Source: an uncultured Pseudomonadota bacterium (GTDB lineage: Bacteria > Vulcanimicrobiota > Vulcanimicrobiia > Eremiobacterales > Eremiobacteraceae). Taken from it: 64,000 bases of DNA. Both the position numbers and the translations under genes were made by a program. Within the stretch, counting starts at the first letter, position 1. Every line of letters starts with the position of its first letter. The notes under the pieces are model-generated. The model worked only from the letters and a program-made list of their open reading frames with translations, searched no databases and was not told where the DNA came from. Location of the stretch: the NCBI GenBank assembly GCA_963736005.1, contig CAVTNB010000001.1, positions 1,536,001 through 1,600,000 on the forward strand, read 5' to 3'. Shown one piece after another: positions 22,549 to 32,857 of this stretch.

Positions 22549-23214
22549 ATGTCGCAAGACGATCTCTTGGTCTATGCGACGCGGCTCATTGACGCGCACG
22601 CGCCTGACGGTAGGAAGATCGAGCTGGGCCGCGTCATGCCCATCGCACTCGAACGCCTCGAGCATTGCTTCTTGCGTATCGCGCTTGCCGGTTTTTGCGA
22701 TGAACGCGGGGAGGCGACTTTCGATCATCTCCACGGCGATCAAGTCGCTATGTTCCTCTACTTTGCTGCAAACACCGCCTGGAAGGAATTCAACGACGTC
22801 GATCTTGCCAAGAAGCTAACGCTGCTCAATCGCGATCGGCATGGTTTGCTCGTTATGTATGATACGGAGTTGCCTAAAATTTTCGTCATTCCGCATACGG
22901 TGGGCACTGTGATCGGGAAAGGCTCGTACGGAAACTATGCCGTGTTTTGTCAGAACGTCACCACGACGAACGACTACGCGCGCTTGACTGTGGGCAATGG
23001 GGTGATCTTCTTCCCGGGAGCGTTTGTGATCGGCAATTGTACGATCGGCGATGGGGCGGTGGTCACCGCGAACACCACGGTCACCTATGACGATATTCCG
23101 CCCAATACCATGGCACGCGGGTGCAGCCCCAAATTGGAACTGTGGCGGCGCGAGCGTGATTTTCTCGCGCGCTTTTTTATCCCACCGTATCCTGGACGCG
23201 AGTCAGCGCGGTGA
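22549..23214 (+). CDS. Hexapeptide-repeat acetyltransferase (serine acetyltransferase-like)
   Basis: PHTVGTVIG, QNVT, VGNGV..IG..TIGDGAVV repeats; start placed at ATG 22549. Confidence 0.75.
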   Translation: MSQDDLLVYATRLIDAHAPDGRKIELGRVMPIALERLEHCFLRIALAGFCDERGEATFDHLHGDQVAMFLYFAANTAWKEFNDVDLAKKLTLLNRDRHGLLVMYDTELPKIFVIPHTVGTVIGKGSYGNYAVFCQNVTTTNDYARLTVGNGVIFFPGAFVIGNCTIGDGAVVTANTTVTYDDIPPNTMARGCSPKLELWRRERDFLARFFIPPYPGRESAR

Positions 23215-23948
23215 GACCGCGCGATCCGCATGATCCGTTCGATCGCGAAGGCATCGAGGCAATGCGGCGCGACCCTGCCATGATGGCTGCAACGCAAACG
23301 TTCCTGAATAAGACCTTCGAGCACCGATATTATCGAAATTTTACATGGCTCGGACGACCCATCATCCAGTACCCGCAGGACATCGTCGCGCTGCAAGAAT
23401 TGATTTGGGATTATCGGCCGACGCTTGTGATCGAGACCGGCGTCGCACACGGTGGGTCGCTCGTACTCTATGCGTCCATCTTAGAGTTGGTGGGCGGGCG
23501 TGGAGAAGTGCTCGGCGTCGAAGTGGAGTTTCGACCGCATAACAAGCGGGCAGTGAGTGAACATCCGCTCGCGCGGCGCATCACCGTAATTGAAGGCTCG
23601 TCCATAGACCCACAGATTCTTGCGCAAGTGCGCGGCCGCGCGGCCGACCACGAACGGATTATGGTCGTCTTGGATTCCTACCACACGCACGAGCATGTGC
23701 TAACGGAATTACGAGTCTATTCACCCCTGGTTCGCAAGGGCGCACCGCTGGTCGTCTTTGGCACTTCCGTGGCCTCACTCGATCCGACGATCGATCTGGG
23801 GCGCGAATGGAATCAGAAGCGCAATCCGATGAGCGCTCTCGAGGAGTTCATGCGCGAAAACGATCGTTTTGAGGTCGATCGCGAGATCAACGACAAACTG
23901 CTGATCACCGATGCGCCAAACGGATACCTGCGCTGCGTCAGGGATTGA
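23211..23948 (+). CDS. CmcI/cephalosporin-hydroxylase-family methyltransferase
   Basis: WLGRPIIQYPQD, IETGVAHGGS, LDSYHTHEHV, PNGYL. Confidence 0.88.
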   Translation: MRPRDPHDPFDREGIEAMRRDPAMMAATQTFLNKTFEHRYYRNFTWLGRPIIQYPQDIVALQELIWDYRPTLVIETGVAHGGSLVLYASILELVGGRGEVLGVEVEFRPHNKRAVSEHPLARRITVIEGSSIDPQILAQVRGRAADHERIMVVLDSYHTHEHVLTELRVYSPLVRKGAPLVVFGTSVASLDPTIDLGREWNQKRNPMSALEEFMRENDRFEVDREINDKLLITDAPNGYLRCVRD

Positions 23949-23975
23949 CATGATCCAAAGGAACGCTTCGGAGTC

Positions 23976-24803
23976 GTGAAGCTGACTATCGTTGGAGCGC
24001 GGGGATTCATCGGTTCGGCAATTGCCGCGCTCGCTCGTGCGCGAGGCCTCGACGTAGTGGCCGCCTCACACGACAAGATTCCAACCGGCTCGCTCGGAAC
24101 GGTCGTTTATTGTTCCGGCTTGACGTGGGGATCGGATGAGCGTCCGCTTGAGGCATATCGACTGCATGTGTGCGCCCCACTGGAGCTCTTGATGTCTGCC
24201 AACTACGACCGGCTCCTCTATGTGTCTTCGACCCGCGTTTACGATGGGCTATCGTCGACGAACGAGGATGCGCAACTGGCCGCGTTTCCCGCCGATCGCA
24301 ACGCAACCTATGCAACAAGCAAAATAGCGGGTGAGGCAGCAGTCCTCGCGGCTTCGGAGCGTAACATCGTTGTTCGGCTCTCGAATGTGTATGGGCCCAA
24401 CTTTAGGGCACGCGTCTTTTTGAGCGACATCCTCCGCCAAGCGATCGAAACTGGTCGTATCGAACTTCGCACCGCGCTAGCGTCAAGCAAGGACTACATT
24501 AGCGTCGAGGAGGTCGCCGATGTCGTTCTCCGCGTTATGGGCGAGGGAAAGCATCAAATCTACAACGTTGCCACCGGGAGAAACACGACCAATGCGGAGT
24601 TGACCCGCGCCATCGCCGCAACGCTGCCCGTTGAAGTGCGTGTGGCATCGAATGCACCGACGTCCATTGTTCTCGAAATCAACATCCAAAGAATCCGTGA
24701 TGAATTCGGCTTTTCACCACGCGACGTTCTCGATGAGGTGCCCGTGCTCGTGCGAGCGTTTAGCGCAGCAATTCGCGGGAGTAAAAAGGGGGAGCGGACC
24801 TAA
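23976..24803 (+). CDS. NAD-dependent epimerase/dehydratase (reductase)
   Basis: GARGFIG, YxxSK, RLSNVYG, KDYI. Confidence 0.85.
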   Translation: MKLTIVGARGFIGSAIAALARARGLDVVAASHDKIPTGSLGTVVYCSGLTWGSDERPLEAYRLHVCAPLELLMSANYDRLLYVSSTRVYDGLSSTNEDAQLAAFPADRNATYATSKIAGEAAVLAASERNIVVRLSNVYGPNFRARVFLSDILRQAIETGRIELRTALASSKDYISVEEVADVVLRVMGEGKHQIYNVATGRNTTNAELTRAIAATLPVEVRVASNAPTSIVLEINIQRIRDEFGFSPRDVLDEVPVLVRAFSAAIRGSKKGERT

Positions 24804-24817
24804 AGGTCCGCTGCTAC
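24793..24817 (-). repeat. Family B REP supplying the stop codons of both convergent genes
   Basis: agcggacctaaaggtccgctgctac contains TAA (24801-24803, +) and TAG (24816-24814, -). Confidence 0.85.
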
Positions 24818-26043
24818 AATACCTTTGTGGTGGGGATGGGCACCACAAACTTGCCGCCCCATTGTGCGATGCCAGCTAGCTCGATGGCGATCTCACCTTT
24901 GATATTCCAAGGAAAGATCACAACGTAGTCCGGCCTGGTTTCAAAAATTCGCTCGGGCGCGAAGATCGGGACTCGGACACCGGGGATGAGTTTGCCCTGT
25001 TTGTGCGGATTTTTGTCCACCGTGTATGCGAGCAGGTCCGTTCCCACGCCGCAGTAGTTGAGCAGCGTCGTCGCTTTGGCTGGAGCGCCGTAGCCCGCTA
25101 CGCTTTTGCCGTTTGCGGCACAATCCGAAAGAAACCCAACGAAGGTTTCCTTGGCGCTTTTGACACGTTGCTCGAACTCGGCAAAGCCCTCGTGTGCATC
25201 TAAACGGGCGTCGCGTTCGGTGTGAAGGACACGAAGGCAGGCGGCACTCGGCGCATGCTGGGCTTCTGACCGCGTCGCAAAGACGCGCAGCGAGCCGCCA
25301 TGCGTCACCAGCTCCTCGACATCGAAGACGGTGAGGCCGTGAGCGCGTAAGATTTCACTCGCGCACTCGAGTGAGAAGTACGAGAAATGTTCGTGATAGA
25401 TCGTATCAAATTCGGTTCGCTCGATCAAACGAAGCAGATGCGGAAACTCAAAGGTCACCACTCCACCAGGCTTGAGCAGTTCTCGAATGCCTGCAACGAA
25501 GTCATTGATATCCGGCACGTGGGCAAGCACGTTGTTGGCCACGATGAGGTCGGCGCTCTTGCCAGCAGCGACAAGCTCGAGTGCCGCTTCCCTTCCGAAG
25601 AATTTCGTGAGCGTTGGCACGCCAGATGCGTTGGCGATGTCCGCCACGTTGCCCGCAGGCTCGATGCCCAGCACCGGCACAGAAAGGTTTTGGAAGTTCT
25701 TCAGCAACGAACCATCGTTGCTCGCAATCTCCACCACCAGACTTTGCGGCCCAAGTTCGAAACGGCGACATGCCATGTGCGCAAACGAGCTTATATGCTC
25801 GAGCCAAGATGTTGAATACGACGACAAGTATGGGTAGTCGGAAAATATTTCAGCGGGAGCTTGGTACTGCGGCAGCTGCACCAGATGGCAGCGGTCGCAA
25901 AAATAAACGCGGAGTGGGAAAGACAGCTCGGAGCGAGCGTCAGCCCGGGAGGTTATCAAACGGTTGGATGGCGGAGACATCCCTAAATCGACCACGACAT
26001 GCGTCAAGGGCGCCCGACAGAACCGACATTGCAACTCGCTCAC
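24814..26043 (-). CDS. NDP-hexose C-methyltransferase
   Basis: N-terminal CRFC..C..C Zn motif, EIASNDG, NNVLAHVPD, YHEH, HGGSLR, GYGAPAK. Confidence 0.9.
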   Translation of the reverse strand: MSELQCRFCRAPLTHVVVDLGMSPPSNRLITSRADARSELSFPLRVYFCDRCHLVQLPQYQAPAEIFSDYPYLSSYSTSWLEHISSFAHMACRRFELGPQSLVVEIASNDGSLLKNFQNLSVPVLGIEPAGNVADIANASGVPTLTKFFGREAALELVAAGKSADLIVANNVLAHVPDINDFVAGIRELLKPGGVVTFEFPHLLRLIERTEFDTIYHEHFSYFSLECASEILRAHGLTVFDVEELVTHGGSLRVFATRSEAQHAPSAACLRVLHTERDARLDAHEGFAEFEQRVKSAKETFVGFLSDCAANGKSVAGYGAPAKATTLLNYCGVGTDLLAYTVDKNPHKQGKLIPGVRVPIFAPERIFETRPDYVVIFPWNIKGEIAIELAGIAQWGGKFVVPIPTTKVL

Positions 26044-27131
26044 GAACCAACCGCATCGGACGTGAAATCTTCGATGTCAGAAAGCACGAGCGTTCGCGCA
26101 TCTGCACCGGCGGCGAAACGCTTGTGCCAGGCGATCGTTCGCGCAAGACCTTCGGGCAGGGCCACCCGAGCTTGCCAGCCCAACTCTGACTGAGCTTTTG
26201 AGCTGTCGAGCCGCAGCGCGGGTGCTTCGTGCGGATGTTGGGACGGGTCAACCTTCCACTCCGCTGGCGGTCCGTAAAGCCTTGCTGCTTCATCTGCGAT
26301 CGCGCCAACCGTCCATTCGTTATCTGCAGGCGGTCCGAAGTTCCAAGCACGCGCGAAACGCGCACCATCCGTTTGATGCAAGTGCTCGGCTAAGACACAA
26401 TAGCCACGCAGCGGATCCAAAACGTGCTGCCATGGACGCACCGCGTCCGGATTTCTTACGAGGGCTGGGACGCCCGCTCCAAACGCCGCGAGAAGGTCCG
26501 GCAGCAAACGGTCTTTTGACCAATCGCCGCCACCAACGACGTTCCCAGAGCGCGCGGTTGCAACGGCTGGCGCAACGCCGTCACCAACGTTCCAAAATGA
26601 GGCGCGATATCCGGCGACGACGTGTTCTGCTGCGGCCTTGCTCGCTGAGTACGGATCTTGGCCGCCGAGCGGATCGGCTTCTCGGTGGCGCTCGTTGCCG
26701 GCGTACAAATCGTAACACTTATCGCTCGTGACGATGACCGCTGCGCGAACCGATGGGGTAGCGCGGATTGCGTCGAGCAGCGCGGCGGTCCCAAAAACAT
26801 TTGTGCGGAACGTCTCGATCGGCGCCTCGTAAGAACGTCGCACGAGCGCCTGCGCCGCGAGGTGCACGACGATTTCAGACCGGTGGTCGTGCATAAGCGC
26901 AGACATCTTGGCGACGTCGGCGATGTCGCCACGCTCATCCTGGAGCACGTCGGCAACGCGCGCGACCGAAAAAAGATTAGGCTGACTTTGGGGATCGAGG
27001 GCGTAGCCCACCACGTTTGCGCCGAGCGCATGCAACCACAGCGACAGCCAGCTTCCTTTGAAGCCTGTGTGGCCGGTAACGAAGACGTGCTTGCCTCGCC
27101 AAAAACCCCCGGTCAGTCCCAAACTTTCCAC
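26040..27131 (-). CDS. rfbG: CDP-glucose 4,6-dehydratase
   Basis: FW.GK.VFVTGHTGFKGSWL, TSDKCY, DPYSASK, RPWQHVL; start placed at GTG 27131. Confidence 0.92.
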   Translation of the reverse strand: MESLGLTGGFWRGKHVFVTGHTGFKGSWLSLWLHALGANVVGYALDPQSQPNLFSVARVADVLQDERGDIADVAKMSALMHDHRSEIVVHLAAQALVRRSYEAPIETFRTNVFGTAALLDAIRATPSVRAAVIVTSDKCYDLYAGNERHREADPLGGQDPYSASKAAAEHVVAGYRASFWNVGDGVAPAVATARSGNVVGGGDWSKDRLLPDLLAAFGAGVPALVRNPDAVRPWQHVLDPLRGYCVLAEHLHQTDGARFARAWNFGPPADNEWTVGAIADEAARLYGPPAEWKVDPSQHPHEAPALRLDSSKAQSELGWQARVALPEGLARTIAWHKRFAAGADARTLVLSDIEDFTSDAVGS

Positions 27132-27883
27132 GGGGCTTTCCCTTGCTCCCAAAGATCGTTTAGCAAGATCTTGTCGCGCAGCGTGTCCAGCGGCTGCCAA
27201 AAACCTTGATGCGGAAAAGCGCCCAGCTTTCCTTCGCGCGCCAAGCGTTCCATAGGCTCGCGCTCCCAAGACGTCCCATCGTCATCGATATAGTCGAGCA
27301 CTGACGGCGAGAGGACGAAGTACCCGCCGTTGATCCAGCCTCCTTCTTCAGTGGGTTTTTCTTTGAAGTCAGTCACCCGGTCGCGTGCCATGGTCAAAAC
27401 ACCGAACCGCCCCGGCGGTTTGGTCACGGTCACCGTTGCCGGCAGGCCGAGCCGCTGATGGTGTTCGATCAGCTCGGTGACGTTGACATTGCTGACGCCA
27501 TCACCGTACGTGAAGCAAAAATGTTCGCCGTCGAGAAACTTCTTGATGCGCTTGAGCCGGCCGCCGGTGCCGGTCTCGAGTCCCGTGTCCACGACCGTGA
27601 CCGTCCACGGTTCCGCCAAGTTGCTATGCGTTTGGACCGTGCCTTTGCGCACATCGAAGGTGACGTCTGACATGTGGAGCGCGTAGTTTGCGAAATACTC
27701 TTTGATCATGTAGCCGCGGTAACCGCAGCAGATAATAAAATCGTTCAGACCGTAGGCAGAGTAGGTCTTCATGATGTGCCAGAGCACGGGTTTGCCGCCG
27801 ATCTCCACCATCGGTTTCGGGCGCAGGAGAGTCTCCTCGCTGATCCTTGTCCCCATGCCGCCGGCCAAGATGACTACTTTCAT
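27113..27883 (-). CDS. rfbF: Glucose-1-phosphate cytidylyltransferase
   Basis: LAGGMGTRISEET..PKPMVEIG, TGGRLK, YGDG, GFWQPLDTLRD. Confidence 0.95.
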   Translation of the reverse strand: MKVVILAGGMGTRISEETLLRPKPMVEIGGKPVLWHIMKTYSAYGLNDFIICCGYRGYMIKEYFANYALHMSDVTFDVRKGTVQTHSNLAEPWTVTVVDTGLETGTGGRLKRIKKFLDGEHFCFTYGDGVSNVNVTELIEHHQRLGLPATVTVTKPPGRFGVLTMARDRVTDFKEKPTEEGGWINGGYFVLSPSVLDYIDDDGTSWEREPMERLAREGKLGAFPHQGFWQPLDTLRDKILLNDLWEQGKAPWKVWD

Positions 27884-27914
27884 CCTGACTCAATTATCGG
27901 CTAATTGCCGGCGT

Positions 27915-29492
27915 TTACTGGAGCGTTACGACCGTCATGCTCCAAACCGGGAGCGTTACAGAGAACGTTTTACCGACCGTTCCGAGGTTTGCGGAAAGCG
28001 GGGCAGTCCACACGCCATTTTTTGAGTCGTCGTATTGCTTCTTGCCGTAGACCACGCTGCTCGCCGAAAAACTCGAGCGGCTGGCCCCCGCGATGTTGAC
28101 GGTAACCGTTGCGGCGTTATTTTGATCAAGATTGAAGAGCAGGACCGCGTAGCCCGCACCTTTCGTGGCCCCATACGCTCTCAGCGACGAGAGCGAGGCA
28201 ACCACGGTCGCGGGCAGCATGCGGTTCCCTGCCACTGCAAATTGAGCCATGACCGAATAGGCTCGGGCGGGAGGAAACGGCGTTTCGAACGTGGTTGCTT
28301 GAGCACTCGAGCAGCCGTACTCAGGTGTGCCATCAGACGACGCCATGTAACCGCCGAAATTTTGCCAGCCATACAGCGACGAGGATTGGTTGCCGACACC
28401 GCAGCCGCCAAAGGCCAGCCACCAGGTCGCCATAGGCACTCCCTGGTTGAGCAGTTGCGCGACCGCCTGGCCAGCGAAGAGCCCGTTGACGATGGACATC
28501 GTCTGCTTGCCTGGATTTGTGTACACGGAGTTCATCTCGCCAAGGTAAATGGGAACGCTTGGCGACACCCCGTTCGCGTTCATGATGGAGCGTTCCGCGG
28601 TGACTGCGTTCGCCAGATCAATCGGCGCTTGTTTCAGCAGATACGTGTCGCTTTCGCTTCCCGGCGCTTGCGCATACCAATGCAGTTCGACGAAGTCATA
28701 TTTTGCTTGCGTGAGCACCGTGTTATCCCACTGCGTTGAATACGATCCAGCAACAACCACACCGACTTTGATCGTTGGGTCTTTTGCTTTCATCTGCGGA
28801 TAGTAACCGGTCGCGACGGCGTTTGCATAGGTTGGGGCGTCGTGAGCTGGTGAATGCAAATCGTACTCCCAACCGCCGTACACTTCGTTGCCGATCGTCC
28901 AGTACTTCACACCGTAATGCTTGGTATTGTCCGCGTAATCAACCCAAGCGGCAGCTTCTGCTGGATCGCCGCCCGCGTTGCACGCAGCGTTCGACCCATA
29001 GTTGATCGTGATGGCGAGATCCAAGCCCGCGGGCTTGACGACGTCGTTCATGAAATTGTCGAAAGTTGCATTTGGATTTGCGTATCCACCACAGAGGGTG
29101 TTGGTCTGCCAGTGGTAGGCGTCAGAATCAGATCCTCCCGGCCAGCGGGTCATGTGGTAGCCTGCGTTGTCCAGAGCAGTCGCGACCCCGGGTTGCGTCG
29201 GATCGAACCATACCGCCATATTCGCGCCGAGCGTGTCGGCGCTAATGGACGCTCCGGGCGCCGCCGCATTGATCACGATCTGCGGAGAGCTGACGGCTGT
29301 GGGACTCGGAGTGGGAGTGGGATGCGAAGATGAACTCCCAGTTGGAGTCGGGCTTGCTCCTTGTTGGCCAACGGGCCCAGTCAAGCTAGCGGAGGACGAG
29401 CCTCCGCCGCAACCGACAACCTGCACCGCGACGAAAATGCCGAGAGCAATGTAGCAGCGGACCTTTAGGTCCGCTTTTGTCCCCAAACCCAC
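27915..29492 (-). CDS. Lipoprotein glycoside hydrolase (clan GH-A, arabinofuranosidase-like)
   Basis: Lipobox VVGC, Ser/Pro/Thr linker, RWPGGS.SD.YHW, W.IGNE acid/base, GEMN nucleophile. Confidence 0.75.
   Translation of the reverse strand: MGLGTKADLKVRCYIALGIFVAVQVVGCGGGSSSASLTGPVGQQGASPTPTGSSSSHPTPTPSPTAVSSPQIVINAAAPGASISADTLGANMAVWFDPTQPGVATALDNAGYHMTRWPGGSDSDAYHWQTNTLCGGYANPNATFDNFMNDVVKPAGLDLAITINYGSNAACNAGGDPAEAAAWVDYADNTKHYGVKYWTIGNEVYGGWEYDLHSPAHDAPTYANAVATGYYPQMKAKDPTIKVGVVVAGSYSTQWDNTVLTQAKYDFVELHWYAQAPGSESDTYLLKQAPIDLANAVTAERSIMNANGVSPSVPIYLGEMNSVYTNPGKQTMSIVNGLFAGQAVAQLLNQGVPMATWWLAFGGCGVGNQSSSLYGWQNFGGYMASSDGTPEYGCSSAQATTFETPFPPARAYSVMAQFAVAGNRMLPATVVASLSSLRAYGATKGAGYAVLLFNLDQNNAATVTVNIAGASRSSFSASSVVYGKKQYDDSKNGVWTAPLSANLGTVGKTFSVTLPVWSMTVVTLQ
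29451..29475 (+). repeat. Family B REP within the predicted signal-peptide coding region
   Basis: gtagcagcggacctttaggtccgct. Confidence 0.85.
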
Positions 29493-29548
29493 GCGGAAAT
29501 GATATCACCTCAAAGCGGGGTGGTCGTATGCCGTGCGTCACCGAGGGT

Positions 29549-29601
29549 GGGGCGATTTTCCAATCGCCCCCTACATGGGCGACTTGACAGTCGCCCGCTA
29601 C
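29549..29601 (-). repeat. Composite REP, families C plus D, downstream of uvrB
   Basis: ggggcgattttccaatcgccccctacatgggcgacttgacagtcgcccgctac. Confidence 0.85.
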
Positions 29602-29620
29602 ATAATTGAACGGGCGAGAC

Positions 29621-31663
29621 TTAGAAGAGGGCGGCTTCGCGCAAGGCTTGGCCGAAAACTTTGGGGGCTTTGCGGGAAAGCGACGGGTCACCGGCGTCGG
29701 GTAACTGTCTGCGCAACTCCCACAGTTCGTCGCGTAACGCGGCCGCTTTTTCGAACTCCAGCCGCGAGGCGGCTTCCTTCATCTCTTTTTCGAGTTCGCG
29801 AATCGTCGCCACGAGAACCTCGCGTGGCACTTCCTTGAGGGCTTTTTTGCTCTTCTGCTCTGCCGCCGCAGTTGCATCGGCGAGAATGTCTCTCACCGAC
29901 TTACGAATGCTTTGCGGATCGATATTATGTTCGACATTGTACGCAAGCTGCATGGTGCGGCGCCGCTCGGTCTCGTTGATCGCACGCTCCATCGACTGGG
30001 TCACATTGTCGGCGTACATCAAGACCATACCGCTCACATGGCGAGCGGCTCGTCCAATGGTTTGGATGAGCGATGTTTCCGAGCGCAGATAGCCTTCTTT
30101 GTCAGCATCCAAAATGGCGACGAGCGAGACTTCGGGTAAGTCCAACCCTTCGCGCAAGAGATTGATGCCCACTAGACAGTCGAATTTGCCAAGCCGTAAG
30201 TCGCGCAGAATCGCAATCCGCTCGAGCGTCTCAATCTCGGAATGCAGATATTTCGCGCGCACGTCCATCTCGATGAGATAGTCGGTGAGATCCTCAGCCA
30301 TCTTCTTCGTCAGGGTGGTCACCAGCACGCGCTCGTGCACGGCTGCCCGCCGCCGGATCTGCTCCATGAGATCGTCAACTTGGCCTTTGGTTGGCCGCAC
30401 GACAACTTGCGGATCGACTAAGCCAGTGGGTCGGATGATCTGCTCGACAATTTGCGCCGAGTGGTTGCGCTCGTACGAGCCTGGCGTCGCCGATACATAC
30501 GCGATCTGTTTGACGTGTTTATCGAACTCGGCGAAGGTAAGGGGTCGATTGTCGATGGCCGACGGCAGCCGGAACCCGAATTCCACGAGAACTTCCTTGC
30601 GCGAGCGGTCGCCTTGATACATCCCGTGGACTTGTGGCAGCGTGACGTGGGACTCATCGACGAACACAAACCAATCCTCGGGGAAAAAGTCAAGCAAGCA
30701 GAATGGCGTCTGACCGGGCGCGCGACCCGTCAGATGGCGTGAATAATTCTCAATGCCGTTGCAATAGCCAAACTCGCGCAACATCTCCAGGTCATTCCGC
30801 GTGCGCATTTCCAGGCGCTGTGCTTCGAGCAGTTTCCCATTTGCGCGGAAATAGGCAAGGCGTTCTTCCAGTTCAGCCTCGATGCTCGCAATTGCGCGGC
30901 GCAGCTTTTCTTCTGGCGTGATGAAGTGCTTGGCTGGGAAAATCATCACCTCATCCATGTCTTCAATCAACTCGCCGGTGATCTGATTGACTCGCGTGAT
31001 ATTTTCGATCTGATCGCCAAAAAAATCAAGACGCGTGATGATCTCGTCGTCCACGGCAACGTACTCGAGCACATCGCCACGAACGCGGAACGTGCCGCGA
31101 ATGAGCGCAATGTCGTTGCGCGTATATTGCATGTCGACGAGCTTGCGCAAGAGTTTGTCGCGGTCGTACTCCTGACCGCGGCGCAACGAGAGCGACATTT
31201 CCATGTAATCAGAAGGCGAGCCTAAGCCGAAAATGCACGAGACCGATGCAACGATGAGCGTGTCGCGGCGGGTGAGCAGCGACTGGGTGGCCGAGTGCCG
31301 TAGGCGTTCGATTTCTTCGTTGATCGAAGAGTCTTTTTCAATGTACGTGTCGCTGGATGGAATATACGCTTCGGGTTGATAGTAGTCAAAGTACGAAACG
31401 AAATACTCGACCGCGTTCTTTGGGAAAAACTCCTTAAACTCGCTGCACAGCTGGGCCGCGAGGGTCTTGTTATGACACAAAACGAGCGTTGGTTTTTGCA
31501 CCTGCTCGATGGTCCAGGCCATCGTCGCGGTTTTGCCGCTGCCCGTAACGCCAAGCAGCGTCTGCGCGCGATCGCCCCGCAGAATGCCTTCGGAAAGGCG
31601 TGCGATGGCTTCGGGCTGGCTCCCAGCAGGCTTAAATGGCGATATGACTTCGAATTTTGGCAT
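29621..31663 (-). CDS. uvrB: Excinuclease ABC subunit B
   Basis: [39 protein letters not shown]-terminal UVR; start ATG 31663. Confidence 0.98.
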   Translation of the reverse strand: MPKFEVISPFKPAGSQPEAIARLSEGILRGDRAQTLLGVTGSGKTATMAWTIEQVQKPTLVLCHNKTLAAQLCSEFKEFFPKNAVEYFVSYFDYYQPEAYIPSSDTYIEKDSSINEEIERLRHSATQSLLTRRDTLIVASVSCIFGLGSPSDYMEMSLSLRRGQEYDRDKLLRKLVDMQYTRNDIALIRGTFRVRGDVLEYVAVDDEIITRLDFFGDQIENITRVNQITGELIEDMDEVMIFPAKHFITPEEKLRRAIASIEAELEERLAYFRANGKLLEAQRLEMRTRNDLEMLREFGYCNGIENYSRHLTGRAPGQTPFCLLDFFPEDWFVFVDESHVTLPQVHGMYQGDRSRKEVLVEFGFRLPSAIDNRPLTFAEFDKHVKQIAYVSATPGSYERNHSAQIVEQIIRPTGLVDPQVVVRPTKGQVDDLMEQIRRRAAVHERVLVTTLTKKMAEDLTDYLIEMDVRAKYLHSEIETLERIAILRDLRLGKFDCLVGINLLREGLDLPEVSLVAILDADKEGYLRSETSLIQTIGRAARHVSGMVLMYADNVTQSMERAINETERRRTMQLAYNVEHNIDPQSIRKSVRDILADATAAAEQKSKKALKEVPREVLVATIRELEKEMKEAASRLEFEKAAALRDELWELRRQLPDAGDPSLSRKAPKVFGQALREAALF

Positions 31664-31764
31664 AGTAAAGCAGCGGCGCAAAAGGGCTGTCCGTAACAGT
31701 TCGGAGAACTCCGACAGAGGCCTGCGAATAAGCAGGCCTGAGAAAGCAACGGGAGGCCGCTGTT

Positions 31765-32838
31765 ATGGCTACGGCAAAACCGGTCCTCTTCGCGGGCAAC
31801 TCCAATCCAGCGCTTGCCGAAGAGATCGCACAAAAGATGGGGACGCACGTCGGCAAGGCGCTCGTCACCACGTTTGCAAACGAAGAGTGCCGCGTCGAAA
31901 TCCGCGAAAACGTTCGCGGTGCCGATGCATTCGTCGTCCAATCTCTGTGCAAGTCCGATCCGCATCATTCCGTCAACGACTCGTTGATGGAGATGCTGCT
32001 GATGATCGACGCGTTGCGACGCGCCTCTGCATATCGCATTACGGCCGTCATTCCCTATTTCGGCTATGCCAAGCAAGACAAGAAAACCAAAGGCCGCGAG
32101 CCCATCTCCGCCAAGCTCGTCGCCAATTTGCTGTCAACTGCGGGCGTGCAGCGTGTCCTCACCGTGGATCTTCACGCCGCACAGATTCAAGGTTTCTTCG
32201 ACGAGCCAGTTGACAATTTAAGCGCGGGTTACATCCTAGCGAATTACCTGATCAACAATCGCAAACTGCAAGGGTCCTCGTGCGTCGTCGTGTCTCCCGA
32301 CGCTGGCGGCGTTGCGCGGGCTGAAGCCTTTGCCAAGAAGCTTCAGACCTCGGTGGCGATTGTCTTCAAGCGGCGTCCGCGACCAGACGTCAATGAAGTG
32401 AGTGAAGTCGTCGGTGAGCTGGAAGGCAAGACGGCCATCATTATCGATGACATGATCTCCACCGGCGGCACGCTCGTGAAGGCTGCCGAAGCGCTGATGG
32501 AGCGCGGCGCGAAATCCATCGTTACCTGCGCCACGCATGGTATTTTTGCAGCCGACGCAGCCCAGAAACTGCTCGACTCCTGCATCAACGAAGTGATCGT
32601 GACGGACACCATTCCCGTGCCGCCAGAAATTTGCGGCAGCAAGATCAAAGTGCTGAAAGTGGGCAAGCTCCTGGCCGATGCCATTAAGCGAATTTCGATG
32701 AATCGTTCTGTGTCCGAAATCTACGAACAACAAGAAGAGGAGCTCGCGCGGTCGCAATCAGGTGACGGTGGTCCGCTCTTCAACATGAACGGGGTTGAAG
32801 ATTCGGATGATGATTCAAATGAGAAAAAGAGCGCCTAA
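31765..32838 (+). CDS. prs: Ribose-phosphate pyrophosphokinase
   Basis: PYFGYAKQD, DLHA.QIQGFF, VSPDAGG, IIDDMISTGGT. Confidence 0.97.
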   Translation: MATAKPVLFAGNSNPALAEEIAQKMGTHVGKALVTTFANEECRVEIRENVRGADAFVVQSLCKSDPHHSVNDSLMEMLLMIDALRRASAYRITAVIPYFGYAKQDKKTKGREPISAKLVANLLSTAGVQRVLTVDLHAAQIQGFFDEPVDNLSAGYILANYLINNRKLQGSSCVVVSPDAGGVARAEAFAKKLQTSVAIVFKRRPRPDVNEVSEVVGELEGKTAIIIDDMISTGGTLVKAAEALMERGAKSIVTCATHGIFAADAAQKLLDSCINEVIVTDTIPVPPEICGSKIKVLKVGKLLADAIKRISMNRSVSEIYEQQEEELARSQSGDGGPLFNMNGVEDSDDDSNEKKSA

Positions 32839-32857
32839 GCTAACGTAAAGGAAACCA

